IMG/VR virus record: IMGVR_UViG_2529292724_000017
Direction: 5' to 3' (one strand)
Length of the DNA: 19,930 nucleotides
Source: a virus
Lineage: Duplodnaviria > Heunggongvirae > Uroviricota > Caudoviricetes
Within the stretch, counting starts at the first letter, position 1; the number at the start of each line of letters is the position of its first letter. The notes under the pieces were generated by a model. It was not told the DNA's origin, did not search any database, and was given only the letters and a program-made list of their open reading frames with translations. Below are positions 1-7,964 of this stretch, piece by piece. A program made the translations under genes and the position numbers.

Positions 1-288
1 TTACCGCCGCAGCCGTTCCGGCTTCTTCCACTGGTAAGTATTTTTCGCGCTCTCCCTCCGTTGTTGAGAACGGCGACGGTATGCCAGCAACTCAAGGACT
101 CTTGTTCGTATGTTGCGCATATCCACGCCGTTAAGCTCAATACCGTCACGGAGCATCACCTCAGCCACCACACGCGCGTAATTTTCAGCGGTGACTGTAT
201 CCGGCTGCGCGGCCTGTTCGTCAGCCAACTGGCTGATTCCACCAGCACAGCGGATTAATCGCAGTATTTCAGATTCGGTCATTATCAT
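1..288 (-). CDS. hypothetical small basic protein (95 aa) immediately downstream of terS; possibly packaging-associated
   Basis: Complete ORF with stop at 1..3; start overlaps terS stop by 4 nt (ATGA coupling); basic C-terminus (RRRSQQRRESAK). No family recognised. Confidence 0.45.
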   Translation of the reverse strand: MIMTESEILRLIRCAGGISQLADEQAAQPDTVTAENYARVVAEVMLRDGIELNGVDMRNIRTRVLELLAYRRRSQQRRESAKNTYQWKKPERLRR

Positions 289-770
289 GCCTGTTTTGCG
301 ACCTCATTCACTACGTCATTTTTTACCATCCGGCTGATAATCTGATTACGCAAATCGTCAATAATTGACTGCACTCTGTTTACTGCCATCGGTTTAAGCC
401 CGGCATCACGTGCCAGAATATTGGGGAGTTTTGCCAGTTCCTCGCTTACGATTTCCCCCCATATAGCCATCTCTTTTCGCACATCATCGGCGGGTATGAG
501 TTGCGCCGTTTCCTGTTCGAACCTGAGGCGCTCACGTTCGGACTGATACCAGGCCTTACGGTCATGTGGCTCCATTTCTTCCAGTGATGCCGGAACGGGA
601 AGATCAAGAAAACAGGTCAGAATGTCAGTCACCCGATAGAGTTTTAGCTTGTCATGCCCTCCGGCTGGCTGGATGTTTTTCAGCCTTGCCGCCGCAGTCT
701 GACGACATATTCCCGCTATCGCCGCCAGTTGATTAATGTTCAGCATCAGATTTTTCAGTTCTCGATCCAT
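285..770 (-). CDS. terminase small subunit, lambda Nu1-like (N-terminal winged-HTH DNA-binding domain)
   Basis: N-terminus MDRELKNLMLNINQLAAIAGICRQTAAARLKNIQP...YRVTDIL resembles lambda Nu1 as recalled (KKQLADIFGASIRTIQNWQEQGMP...YDSAAVIKWY); later ERERLRFEQE resembles Nu1 ERHRLTRAQAD. Start placed at the internal ATG (Met30 of the track ORF, whose own start at 857 is TTG). Confidence 0.6.
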   Translation of the reverse strand: MDRELKNLMLNINQLAAIAGICRQTAAARLKNIQPAGGHDKLKLYRVTDILTCFLDLPVPASLEEMEPHDRKAWYQSERERLRFEQETAQLIPADDVRKEMAIWGEIVSEELAKLPNILARDAGLKPMAVNRVQSIIDDLRNQIISRMVKNDVVNEVAKQA

Positions 771-922
771 ACCCGCTCCAGAATGTTTTAAACATGCATC
801 TTGCGAACAACTTTCAGAAGAGGTCAAAAAATGCGCTATATGTTGAGCATAAAACAAGCAAAATTAACATGCTAAAAATAAAAATACTTAAAATTCAATA
901 CAATGGAAAGATGATGATGACG

Positions 923-1022
923 AATGAAAATGCAAAAACTAGCCTTTTTCCGCGCCGCTCCCGCCCCGTGGCAGGTCACTACACCGGGAGGACCCGCAAA
1001 AAAAGGCGGCTATCGCCGCCCT
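923..1022 (-). promoter_or_regulatory. conserved ~100-bp element, copy 1, between capsid stop and terS; contains intrinsic-terminator-like hairpin (GGCGGC-tatc-GCCGCC plus T-run on minus strand, about 997..1021)
   Basis: Near-identical to 13777..13850 and related to 4568..4668; GC hairpin followed by T7 on the minus strand directly after the capsid stop. Confidence 0.5.
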
Positions 1023-1027
1023 TGTTG

Positions 1028-2629
1028 TCATGCTCCACTCGATTTCAGTAATCCGCGATAGTCGAGGGCCGCGACACCTGCATCTATGCGCACCTTCCAG
1101 GCGACGCCATCAACAGTAAATCCCTCCTGCTCCTCAAGATATGGCGTATCAATACCATCAAGATAAGCGACCTCTATCGTGTCCATCCCCTTCGCCGCTG
1201 CCACATACCACTCCTTGTTATTGGCTTTATCAAGACGCGGCTCGACGATAACCTCTGCCATATCTTTCACCACGTTAATGATGCCGGGGTTCTGATTGAT
1301 AGTGCCTCCACCATCAATCGGAAAGAGTGATGACGATGACAGAATGGCGCGATGTGCGGCAGACTCCAGCGCAGCAGGGACCAGAACAAAAGCGGGGGTA
1401 ATATTCAGGGAGTCGCCGTTGCCATCCTCCTGTAATCGCATCAGCTTACGGGCTTCGTTAAGCCCCTCCATGTCCATATCCTTCGCAATAAGATTTTTAT
1501 GATCGGCATGGAATAACGCTTTACCATCCGTAAATTTGCCGTTGCTGGTTAACAGAAGATAAACCAGATTACCTACTGTTCTGGCGGCCGCACGCCCCAT
1601 CGCCATGGGGATTGTAGTTAACTGGGTCAGGTCATCGTTGATAATGGCCTGACGGGTAACAGAAAAAATATTACCGTATGTGGCCAGCGCAATAGGTACA
1701 CCTTTATCGCTGGTGGTGATGTATTTATATTCCGCACCTTCCGGTACTTTATCCAGCTTTGAAAAACCATTCAGACCAACGCGCTTTGCTTCATGAAAGT
1801 TTGAAAGCGATCCGGTACACGTCCATTTCTGGAACGTTTCGCCGCTGTCCTGCCAGCCTTTCAGCACTGATTTTTCAGCACCACCAGCCAGAATATGAGA
1901 AAAATCGCTGCTGCTGTGTGTGAAAGCTGCATTAACGACCTGCGAGCGATTTAAAAAATTGCCAACACTGATACCACGATCAGTTAGTGATGCCTGGGCC
2001 ATTTCAAAAAGGCTCATCATCGCGTAAGGATTTCCCCGCTCTGGGCGTTCATACCCGAGACGAGAATAAAGCCCCTGACGAATTGCATCGCCTGTTATGT
2101 TCCCGTTACCGGCATAAATATGAGTCGGGATATTTTTATTGGATGGCGTGGACTCGCGCCCCAGCTCGTTCAACAACTTTTCACGGGCCATCTCCGGTGT
2201 ACATGATGCATCCTCCAGGCACGCCATTTTGATCCCGTCGTAACGACTGCCGAACAGGCTAAACACTTCACTTATTCCGTTGATGCGCTTCTGTTCATTA
2301 CCAGCAATATTTGCCGCTCCCTGTGGCGGTGTAATCATTCCTTTAATGGTTTCCGGCATATGTAAAAAATCTCCTGTGCGTTTCGATTCAATTCGCGCCA
2401 TTACTCTGACGGATGGCAACAATTCATCAGCAAAACCGTGCTTAAGGCATTCTTTCCCATCCATCCAGGTTTCATCCTCCAGCATGGCGGTAATTTCCTG
2501 TGCTGATTTGCCCGTTTTTCTGGCATAAGCAGGGATTAACACGGTTTCCACCTTATCCAGCAAATCAGCATAATCACGCATATCGCCAGCATTTCCGCCA
2601 GAGATCCCCCACGGTTTATGGATCATCAT
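1028..2629 (-). pseudogene. ClpP-like prohead protease / HK97-like major capsid fusion, 3' portion only (gene interrupted by nested element)
   Basis: Colinear with the intact 638-aa paralog (4671..6587) from MMIHKPWGISGG onward; homology stops exactly at the 12-bp repeat 2618..2629; the first six codons of the track ORF lie in insert DNA. Confidence 0.75.
2618..2629. repeat. 12-bp direct repeat ATGGATCATCAT, left copy (putative att core / junction)
   Basis: Identical 12-mer at 12935..12946; capsid homology ends and begins exactly at the two copies. Confidence 0.65.
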
Positions 2630-2696
2630 GCAATACATTGAAATCATCCTACTGATAAATAAGATTAAAAATCACAATACAGATACGTTTGAGCTT

Positions 2697-2721
2697 CATT
2701 GCAATACGCATTGCAATACAC
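2697..2721. repeat. tandem repeat cattGCAATACgcattGCAATACAc (arm-type-like sites) near left junction; GCAATACA also at 2630..2637
   Basis: Same motif tandemly repeated at 12784..12807 immediately upstream of the integrase start. Confidence 0.5.
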
Positions 2722-2965
2722 GGTTGCTGGGTGATTTCAAAAGATGAATGCTGCGAAGGATGGAAATTTGGGAACTAGGTGGTGAATAGCACAACAAAAA
2801 ATCAGAATTCTACTAGCTTAAAATGATGCAAAAAGCATTCGTGGCATCGCAAGCGCTGTACAATTCGTTCTATAATGAAGAAAATTTCTAACAGACTTTA
2901 TCATTCAAAGGTGGAGGAGATGACAGCAATGCAACATGCATCACGCTCATACTTGAATTGTAAAG

Positions 2966-3010
2966 CTATCGTTAGAATCACAGCCTTTTTGTTCCGCTGA
3001 TCTAACGATA
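2966..3010. promoter_or_regulatory. perfect 10-bp inverted repeat TATCGTTAGA / TCTAACGATA with ~25-bp spacer, about 60 bp upstream of the cargo operon
   Basis: Seen directly; AT-rich intergenic region preceding ORF 3070. Confidence 0.3.
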
Positions 3011-3069
3011 AAACTAGTGGTAAAAGGTATATTTTTTAATTTTTCAGACGCTGGCGCGGGGTAATTAAA

Positions 3070-3372
3070 ATGAAATTTGTAAATATACGGTCATCCGAGT
3101 TGCCTGAAATAGATACCTTTGTAAAAGAATGTATCAACCAAGGACAATGGACTCTTTTCAAGGCCGAGAAGGGTGCAGTTAATGATAATAAAGTTGCTTT
3201 TTTTCTAAAGGCTGGCAAAGATTTCTTTGCATTAAATAACAGAGGAAGTGTTATCTCTGTATTTCAATCATTAGATTATAATCTTGAAATGAATGAGGTA
3301 ATTCATTTTTCAGATATTCCTAAACCTGAATCGTTGAGCAATATTGCTAGCTTAGGATTTGCTAGAGTTTAA
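3070..3372 (+). CDS. hypothetical protein (100 aa), first gene of AT-rich two-gene cargo cassette
   Basis: ORF in AT-rich block; 18-nt gap to the next gene, which has a good SD; no family recognised. Confidence 0.55.
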   Translation: MKFVNIRSSELPEIDTFVKECINQGQWTLFKAEKGAVNDNKVAFFLKAGKDFFALNNRGSVISVFQSLDYNLEMNEVIHFSDIPKPESLSNIASLGFARV

Positions 3373-3390
3373 TATATAAGGATATGTACG

Positions 3391-4281
3391 ATGGGATTAA
3401 TATCTGGAAATACACATTGGGTATTATTTTTACCTTGTGAGCACCAACCAGAAGATCGCCATGTTCAAGATTTAGTTCATGGCGTCTTTTGCTTAGAATC
3501 CTCAGGTATACAGCCATCTAATATTAGCATATATATTGATGGCCAAAATAGAGCCAACTTTAATAAGTTAATTTCGATTGCAACCCAACATAATTATACT
3601 ATCAAGCCTACATCTGAATTTTTCACCGACTGCGATACAAATAGTTATGAAAATCTAGTTATGTTTGTGACCGGACACGGAAGTATGAATGGTTTGGACT
3701 CTGCGCCGATCATAACCCCATACCGTTTATTGGACAGGTTAAAAAACACTCCTGTTCTCAAGCAAGCAATCGTTTATCTTGGTCAATGTTTCGCTGGTGT
3801 TTTCAACTACTTACCTGCTGGGCAGCGTAAGAGAGGTGAAGATGCCGACCCCGATGTCATTCTTATCGGGGCTACGAGTCTTCATGAAAGTTTGAGTAAT
3901 CCAACAACGGAAAATATTAATGGTATAGATTTTCCTTGGGTTGCAAATCAATTTTTATATCATGTATTTAAGTGGATATCATCCCCGAATGATATCGATG
4001 GGGATGGAAAACATACAGTAATTGACTCTTATAAGTATGCTGGAATCTCATCAAACATGACCAATCGTAGAATGAAGATAGGTTCTTTTGTAGCTTCGGT
4101 AGACTTGCATGAGCAATGGAATACTGCAAAAAAAGATCATGAAGCTAACTTGGCTGATCCACAAAAACTACTCCGTTATAGAGCATTAGATCAGCAATAC
4201 TATGAAAAACTGAACATTAACTATATTCATCAAGAGTGCTGGATATTAAATTCTGTACCTGCACAATCTGTTGAATTCTAA
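3391..4281 (+). CDS. caspase-like (clan CD cysteine peptidase fold) protein, 296 aa
   Basis: Hydrophobic strand then His-Gly (LVMFVTGHGS, H96) and hydrophobic strand then Gln-Cys (AIVYLGQCFAG, C133) about 37 residues apart, the pattern of caspase/clan CD catalytic dyads; SD AAGGA 8 nt upstream; EF-hand-like loop DIDGDGKHTVID at residues 201..212. Confidence 0.6.
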   Translation: MGLISGNTHWVLFLPCEHQPEDRHVQDLVHGVFCLESSGIQPSNISIYIDGQNRANFNKLISIATQHNYTIKPTSEFFTDCDTNSYENLVMFVTGHGSMNGLDSAPIITPYRLLDRLKNTPVLKQAIVYLGQCFAGVFNYLPAGQRKRGEDADPDVILIGATSLHESLSNPTTENINGIDFPWVANQFLYHVFKWISSPNDIDGDGKHTVIDSYKYAGISSNMTNRRMKIGSFVASVDLHEQWNTAKKDHEANLADPQKLLRYRALDQQYYEKLNINYIHQECWILNSVPAQSVEF

Positions 4282-4285
4282 TCCT

Positions 4286-4456
4286 TTACTTTTTTGAATA
4301 GATTGCTGCAAGTGCCGTTTTGAGGTCGTAATTTCGGCACTTGCAACTGCAACCAGAAATAGGGCGAACGTTTGACAAACGTTTAGCTATAGTCTGCCGA
4401 TGAAATCCAGTCACTTCCGCCAACTCACTTAAATTTAGAACTATCTTTTTCATCAT
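4286..4456 (-). pseudogene. truncated Nu1-like terS remnant (56 aa, DNA-binding domain only)
   Basis: Not in the supplied ORF track (below its length cutoff); translated by hand from the minus strand as MMKKIVLNLSELAEVTGFHRQTIAKRLSNVRPISGCSCKCRNYDLKTALAAIYSKK, which matches the N-terminal HTH region of the 285..770 product and Nu1; about a third the length of the full gene. Confidence 0.5.
4307..4345. other. perfect 11-bp inverted repeat TGCAAGTGCCG / CGGCACTTGCA (17-nt spacer) between convergent genes
   Basis: Seen directly; lies just 3' of the cargo operon stop and inside the terS remnant; no flanking T-run. Confidence 0.35.
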
Positions 4457-4567
4457 AATTACCCTTCAGATGTCGAACAAATAACATACAATCCATCATC
4501 TTTTCCACTTTTATAAAGTTTTACCTAATAAAATTCAGTTAGTTAGCGAATGATGATGATGTCTATA

Positions 4568-4668
4568 AAATTCAAAAACTAGCCGTTTCCCGCGATGCCG
4601 CCGCCCCGTGGCAGGCATCCCCGCCGGGAGTACCTTTTAAAAAAGGGCAGCATCTGCCGCCCTCCTGT
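4568..4668 (-). promoter_or_regulatory. conserved element, copy 2 (diverged), between capsid stop and truncated terS; terminator-like hairpin GGCAG-cat-CTGCC plus T6 on the minus strand, about 4638..4664
   Basis: Shares the aaaaactagcc...ccgccccgtggcagg...ccgggag core with copies 1 and 3. Confidence 0.45.
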
Positions 4669-4670
4669 CG

Positions 4671-6587
4671 TCATGCCGCCCCGCTCGACTTCACCATGCC
4701 CCGATAATCCAGCGCCGCCACGCCAGCATCGATACGCACCTTCCATGCAATACCGTCCACAGTGAAGCCCTCCTGCTGTTCCAGATACGGCACGTCCATT
4801 CCATCCAGATATGCCACCTCGATAGTGTCGGTGCCTTGCGCTGCAGTGACGTACCACTCCTTGTTGTTGGCCTTGTCCAGTCGCGGCTCAACCACTACCT
4901 GCGCCATATCCTTCACGACGTTGATAATGCCTGGGTTCTGGTTCAGCATACCGTTCTGGTCTACCGGGAACAGCGAAGATGATGACAGCACAGCTCGATT
5001 GGCTGCGCCTTCCAGCGCGGCAGGTACAAGGATATAGGCTGGGATAACATTAATAGGATCGCCGTTCGCATCCTCCTGCAGACGCATAGCCTTACGGGCC
5101 TCATTGAGTCCGTCTGTATCCATCCCTTTAGCGATGAGGTTTTTATGGTCGGCGTGGAACAACGCTTTACCATCTGTGAATTTGCTGTTGGCGGTCAGTT
5201 GCAGGTAGACCAGATTGCCAACCGTTCGTGCGGCGGCACGCCCCATTGCCTGTGGAATGGTCGTGAGCTGGCTCAGGTCATCGTTGATAATGGCCTGGCG
5301 TGTAACAGAGAAGATGTTTCCATAGGTGGCCAGCGCGATCGGCACCCCGCTGTCGCTGGTAGTGACATATTTGTATTCAGCACCTTCCGGGACTTTATCC
5401 AGTTCTGAAAAACCATTCAGACCGACACGTTTAGCCTCATGGAAATTCGACAGAGAACCGGTCTTTGTCCACTGCTGGAAAGTTTCCCCGCTGTTCTGCC
5501 AGCCAGTCAGCACCGACTTTTCAGCACCACCAGCCAGGATATGAGAGAAATCACTGGTGCTGTGCGTAAATGCCAGGTTCACGATCTGCGAGCGATTCCC
5601 GAAACCACTGACGCTGATACCACGATCCACCAGCGAAGCCTGCGCCATTTCAAACAGACTCATCATGGCGTAAGGGTTTCCCCTTTCGGCGCGTTCGTGA
5701 CCCAGACGGGCAAAAAGCCCCTGGCGGATAGCATCGCCGGTAATGTTGCCGTTACCTGCGTAAATGTGCGCGTTACTGGTTTTATCCGATGGGGTCGAGG
5801 TCTTACCCAGTGCCGTCAGCAGCATGTCTTTTGCTTTTTCAGGCGTGCAATCCACATCCTCCAGACACTGCATCTTGAGAGAATCATGCTTGCCGCCGAA
5901 CATGGCAAACAGATCCTTAATCTCGTTGATGCGGTTCTGTTCCGGTACAGCGCTACTGGTGGAACCTTTCGGGCTGGTGATCATCCCTTTAATTTCTTTT
6001 GGCATATGCTCAAAATCCTCAATTCGTTTTGACTCAATACAGGCCATTGCCCTGACGGCGGGTAACAATTCGTCAGCAAAACCCTGCGCTACACATTCGC
6101 GGCCATCCATCCATGTTTCATCCTCCAGCATTTCCGCCAGTGATTCGGCTGATTTTCCCGTTTTGCGTGCATATGCCGGGATCAAGACACTTTCGACTTT
6201 ATCCAGAAGTTCGGCGTAGTCGCGCATGTCGTTGGCGTTCCCACCAGAGATTCCCCACGGTTTGTGAATCATCATGAGTGCGTTTTCGGGCATAACGATA
6301 CGGTCGCCAGCCATTGCAATAACTGACGCCATAGACGCGGCGAGACCGTCGATCTGCACTGTAATTTTTGCCGGGTGTTTATTCAGAAGGTTATAGATAG
6401 CGATGCCGTCAAAAACATCGCCACCGGGTGAATGAATGTGCAGGCTGATATGGGAGATATCGCCTAGGGCTTTCAGGTCTTCGGAGAACTGCTGCGCCGT
6501 AATACCCCAGCCGCCGATCTCTTCGTAGATGCTGATATTGGCGCTGGTGCCATCGCTGGCCGCTTTGATGGTGTACCAGCCTTTCAT
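4671..6587 (-). CDS. prohead protease (ClpP-like, serine motif GLAASMAS) fused to HK97-like major capsid protein, 638 aa, intact
   Basis: N-terminal ClpP-like block (IHSPGGDVFDG...GLAASMASVIAMAG); long C-terminal region typical of major capsid proteins; colinear with both fragments of the interrupted paralog. Confidence 0.7.
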   Translation of the reverse strand: MKGWYTIKAASDGTSANISIYEEIGGWGITAQQFSEDLKALGDISHISLHIHSPGGDVFDGIAIYNLLNKHPAKITVQIDGLAASMASVIAMAGDRIVMPENALMMIHKPWGISGGNANDMRDYAELLDKVESVLIPAYARKTGKSAESLAEMLEDETWMDGRECVAQGFADELLPAVRAMACIESKRIEDFEHMPKEIKGMITSPKGSTSSAVPEQNRINEIKDLFAMFGGKHDSLKMQCLEDVDCTPEKAKDMLLTALGKTSTPSDKTSNAHIYAGNGNITGDAIRQGLFARLGHERAERGNPYAMMSLFEMAQASLVDRGISVSGFGNRSQIVNLAFTHSTSDFSHILAGGAEKSVLTGWQNSGETFQQWTKTGSLSNFHEAKRVGLNGFSELDKVPEGAEYKYVTTSDSGVPIALATYGNIFSVTRQAIINDDLSQLTTIPQAMGRAAARTVGNLVYLQLTANSKFTDGKALFHADHKNLIAKGMDTDGLNEARKAMRLQEDANGDPINVIPAYILVPAALEGAANRAVLSSSSLFPVDQNGMLNQNPGIINVVKDMAQVVVEPRLDKANNKEWYVTAAQGTDTIEVAYLDGMDVPYLEQQEGFTVDGIAWKVRIDAGVAALDYRGMVKSSGAA

Positions 6588-6796
6588 TTTTCCCCTTCCG
6601 TTACAGCGAAGCCATTTTCATCAAGCCATGCGTTGACTGCGTGCCGGACTACCTGTGCCACTCCGGGCAATGGCTGGACAGGAAGATTTTTCAGATGATC
6701 GTTGCGGTATTGCTTAAGGCGTACAACGGTTTGCGCGTCCAGATGTACGGAGCCGCCTTTAGTCTCGCCAGTGTTTAAATCGTTAATGTCACTCAT
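6584..6796 (-). CDS. small conserved protein (70 aa) translationally coupled to the protease-capsid gene
   Basis: Homolog of 13258..13464 (MS.INDLNTG...GGSVHLDAQTV.RLKQYR...PLPGVAQ.VRHAVN.WL..NGFA); ATG at 6794..6796 with SD GAGGA; 4-nt overlap with the capsid start. Confidence 0.6.
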   Translation of the reverse strand: MSDINDLNTGETKGGSVHLDAQTVVRLKQYRNDHLKNLPVQPLPGVAQVVRHAVNAWLDENGFAVTEGEK

Positions 6797-6941
6797 GATG
6801 TCCTCTACTGTATAAGTAAACAGGTTATGATGATTGATCACCAAAAGTGGTAAGTGAACAATTTTTTATCTGAAAAATAGATTTATGATGAAAAAAAATT
6901 TTTGTATGGTCTTAGATTGGAATAAACAGAAAGGTTAAAAA
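6797..6941 (-). promoter_or_regulatory. putative promoter region of the small-protein/capsid operon, with conserved TTACCACTTTT box
   Basis: Boxes aaaagtggtaa and aaaaatagatt recur at 13500..13550 upstream of the paralogous operon. Confidence 0.3.
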
Positions 6942-7655
6942 ATGGATCTCACTCGTAATGACGAACTCCTTTTGAATGATGCAGCTAGACGCTCATTTCG
7001 GGATATGGCAGACCAGGATTATCTCTCAGCTCGTCTGTGTTATAAGCACAAATTGAATTTTCAATTTTTATGGCTTTCGCAACAAGCCGTAGAGAAATAT
7101 ATTAAAGCGATTTTACTTTATAATAGAGTTCCAGTATTAAAATTAAATCACAATTTAAACAAAGGGCTGGCAAAGATTAAAGAAATCCCATATCTTGAAT
7201 TAGACCTAGATGTAAAAAGTGAGCGATTCATAGATTATCTCAATGAGCAGGGCCCAAATAGATACTTCCAAAACACTATGTATACCGAAGGCTTTGAAAT
7301 TATAACCTTGGATAGAACCATCTGGGAATTAAGAAGATACTGCAAGCCACTAAACTACTCAATTACTAACCCAAAAGGTGAAGTGATAGAAATGTTAGAA
7401 CATGAATTGAGTAGCATAAAAAATTCGAAGTCGAGGCCTTATCATACGTTCAAACTATTTGGAGGTTACTTAGAAAAAAGATTAAAAGATAATAAATTCA
7501 ATCAGGGCGACATACTTACATGGAAAAATTTATTTTTTGGAAGAAATAAAAAAAATGCAATTAGAATTGGAAGATCAATGCATGTAACTCATCCAACTCA
7601 TTATATGTACCCAAATGCAACGGAAATGCTCAGTCGTTTCTTTAAAATAAAATAA
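6942..7655 (+). CDS. HEPN-domain protein (237 aa), single-gene AT-rich cargo
   Basis: N-terminal region matches the HEPN pattern as recalled: helix, then SQQAVEKYIKAILL, then NHNLNKGL, then ...NRYF (compare hQQAvEKalKAll ... tHdL ... RYP); SD AAAGG; opposite strand to backbone. Confidence 0.5.
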   Translation: MDLTRNDELLLNDAARRSFRDMADQDYLSARLCYKHKLNFQFLWLSQQAVEKYIKAILLYNRVPVLKLNHNLNKGLAKIKEIPYLELDLDVKSERFIDYLNEQGPNRYFQNTMYTEGFEIITLDRTIWELRRYCKPLNYSITNPKGEVIEMLEHELSSIKNSKSRPYHTFKLFGGYLEKRLKDNKFNQGDILTWKNLFFGRNKKNAIRIGRSMHVTHPTHYMYPNATEMLSRFFKIK

Positions 7656-7743
7656 TTACATTCCAATTTTATTTACCGCTGTTAAATAAGTAAGGTATAT
7701 CTTTATTTATCGACATTGATAATCATGAAAGAGTATATCTTTT

Positions 7744-7960
7744 TTGCCGCACCTAGCGCATTTCTCACCGCACTTTCATCCCGCGCACTTAGGTGCGCAA
7801 TCCAACATGCACCGTACAGCCATTAAAACCAGTAATGGGGCGGGTTTGCAGGTGATTAATGCCAAACCGCGCACTTTCTTCGTATATACATGGAAAAAGT
7901 GCGGCAAGTGTATGTTTTATGAGCATTTCGCGCATCACGCGCATTTCTTGCCGCACTTTT
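7744..7960. repeat. iteron-type origin region: repeats of (T)TGCCGCAC / CGCACTTT in both orientations plus palindrome GCGCACTTAGGTGCGC
   Basis: Five or more copies within ~220 bp immediately downstream of the replication gene ending at 7965. Confidence 0.5.
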
Positions 7961-7964
7961 CAGG

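Larger units (their letters stand above)
1..2629 (-). mobile_element. outer satellite-like element, left (late/packaging) part: capsid 3' part, cos-like element, terS, 95-aa gene; continues beyond window
   Basis: Gene content and synteny with the right part (12935..19930) once the insert is removed. Confidence 0.5.

Noticed and set aside
997-1021. Treating the GGGCGGCGATAG hairpin as a proven lambda-type cosN
   Set aside because: Only 9 of 12 matches to the remembered lambda cohesive end, and the motif is also a plain GC hairpin with a T-run right after a stop codon; kept as a hypothesis only.
794-1051. Plus-strand ORF (85 aa) spanning the terS promoter and the conserved element
   Set aside because: Lies over conserved non-coding structure (hairpin, A/T runs), has low-complexity composition and no SD; overlaps elements better explained as regulatory.
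4579-4891. Minus-strand ORFs of 92 and 66 aa overlapping the 3' end of the capsid gene in other frames
   Set aside because: Alternative frames of a well-supported gene and of the GC-rich conserved element; Gly/Arg-rich composition typical of spurious ORFs.
5145-6219. Several plus-strand ORFs (87 to 197 aa) inside the protease-capsid gene
   Set aside because: Antisense to a strongly supported coding region; no independent support.
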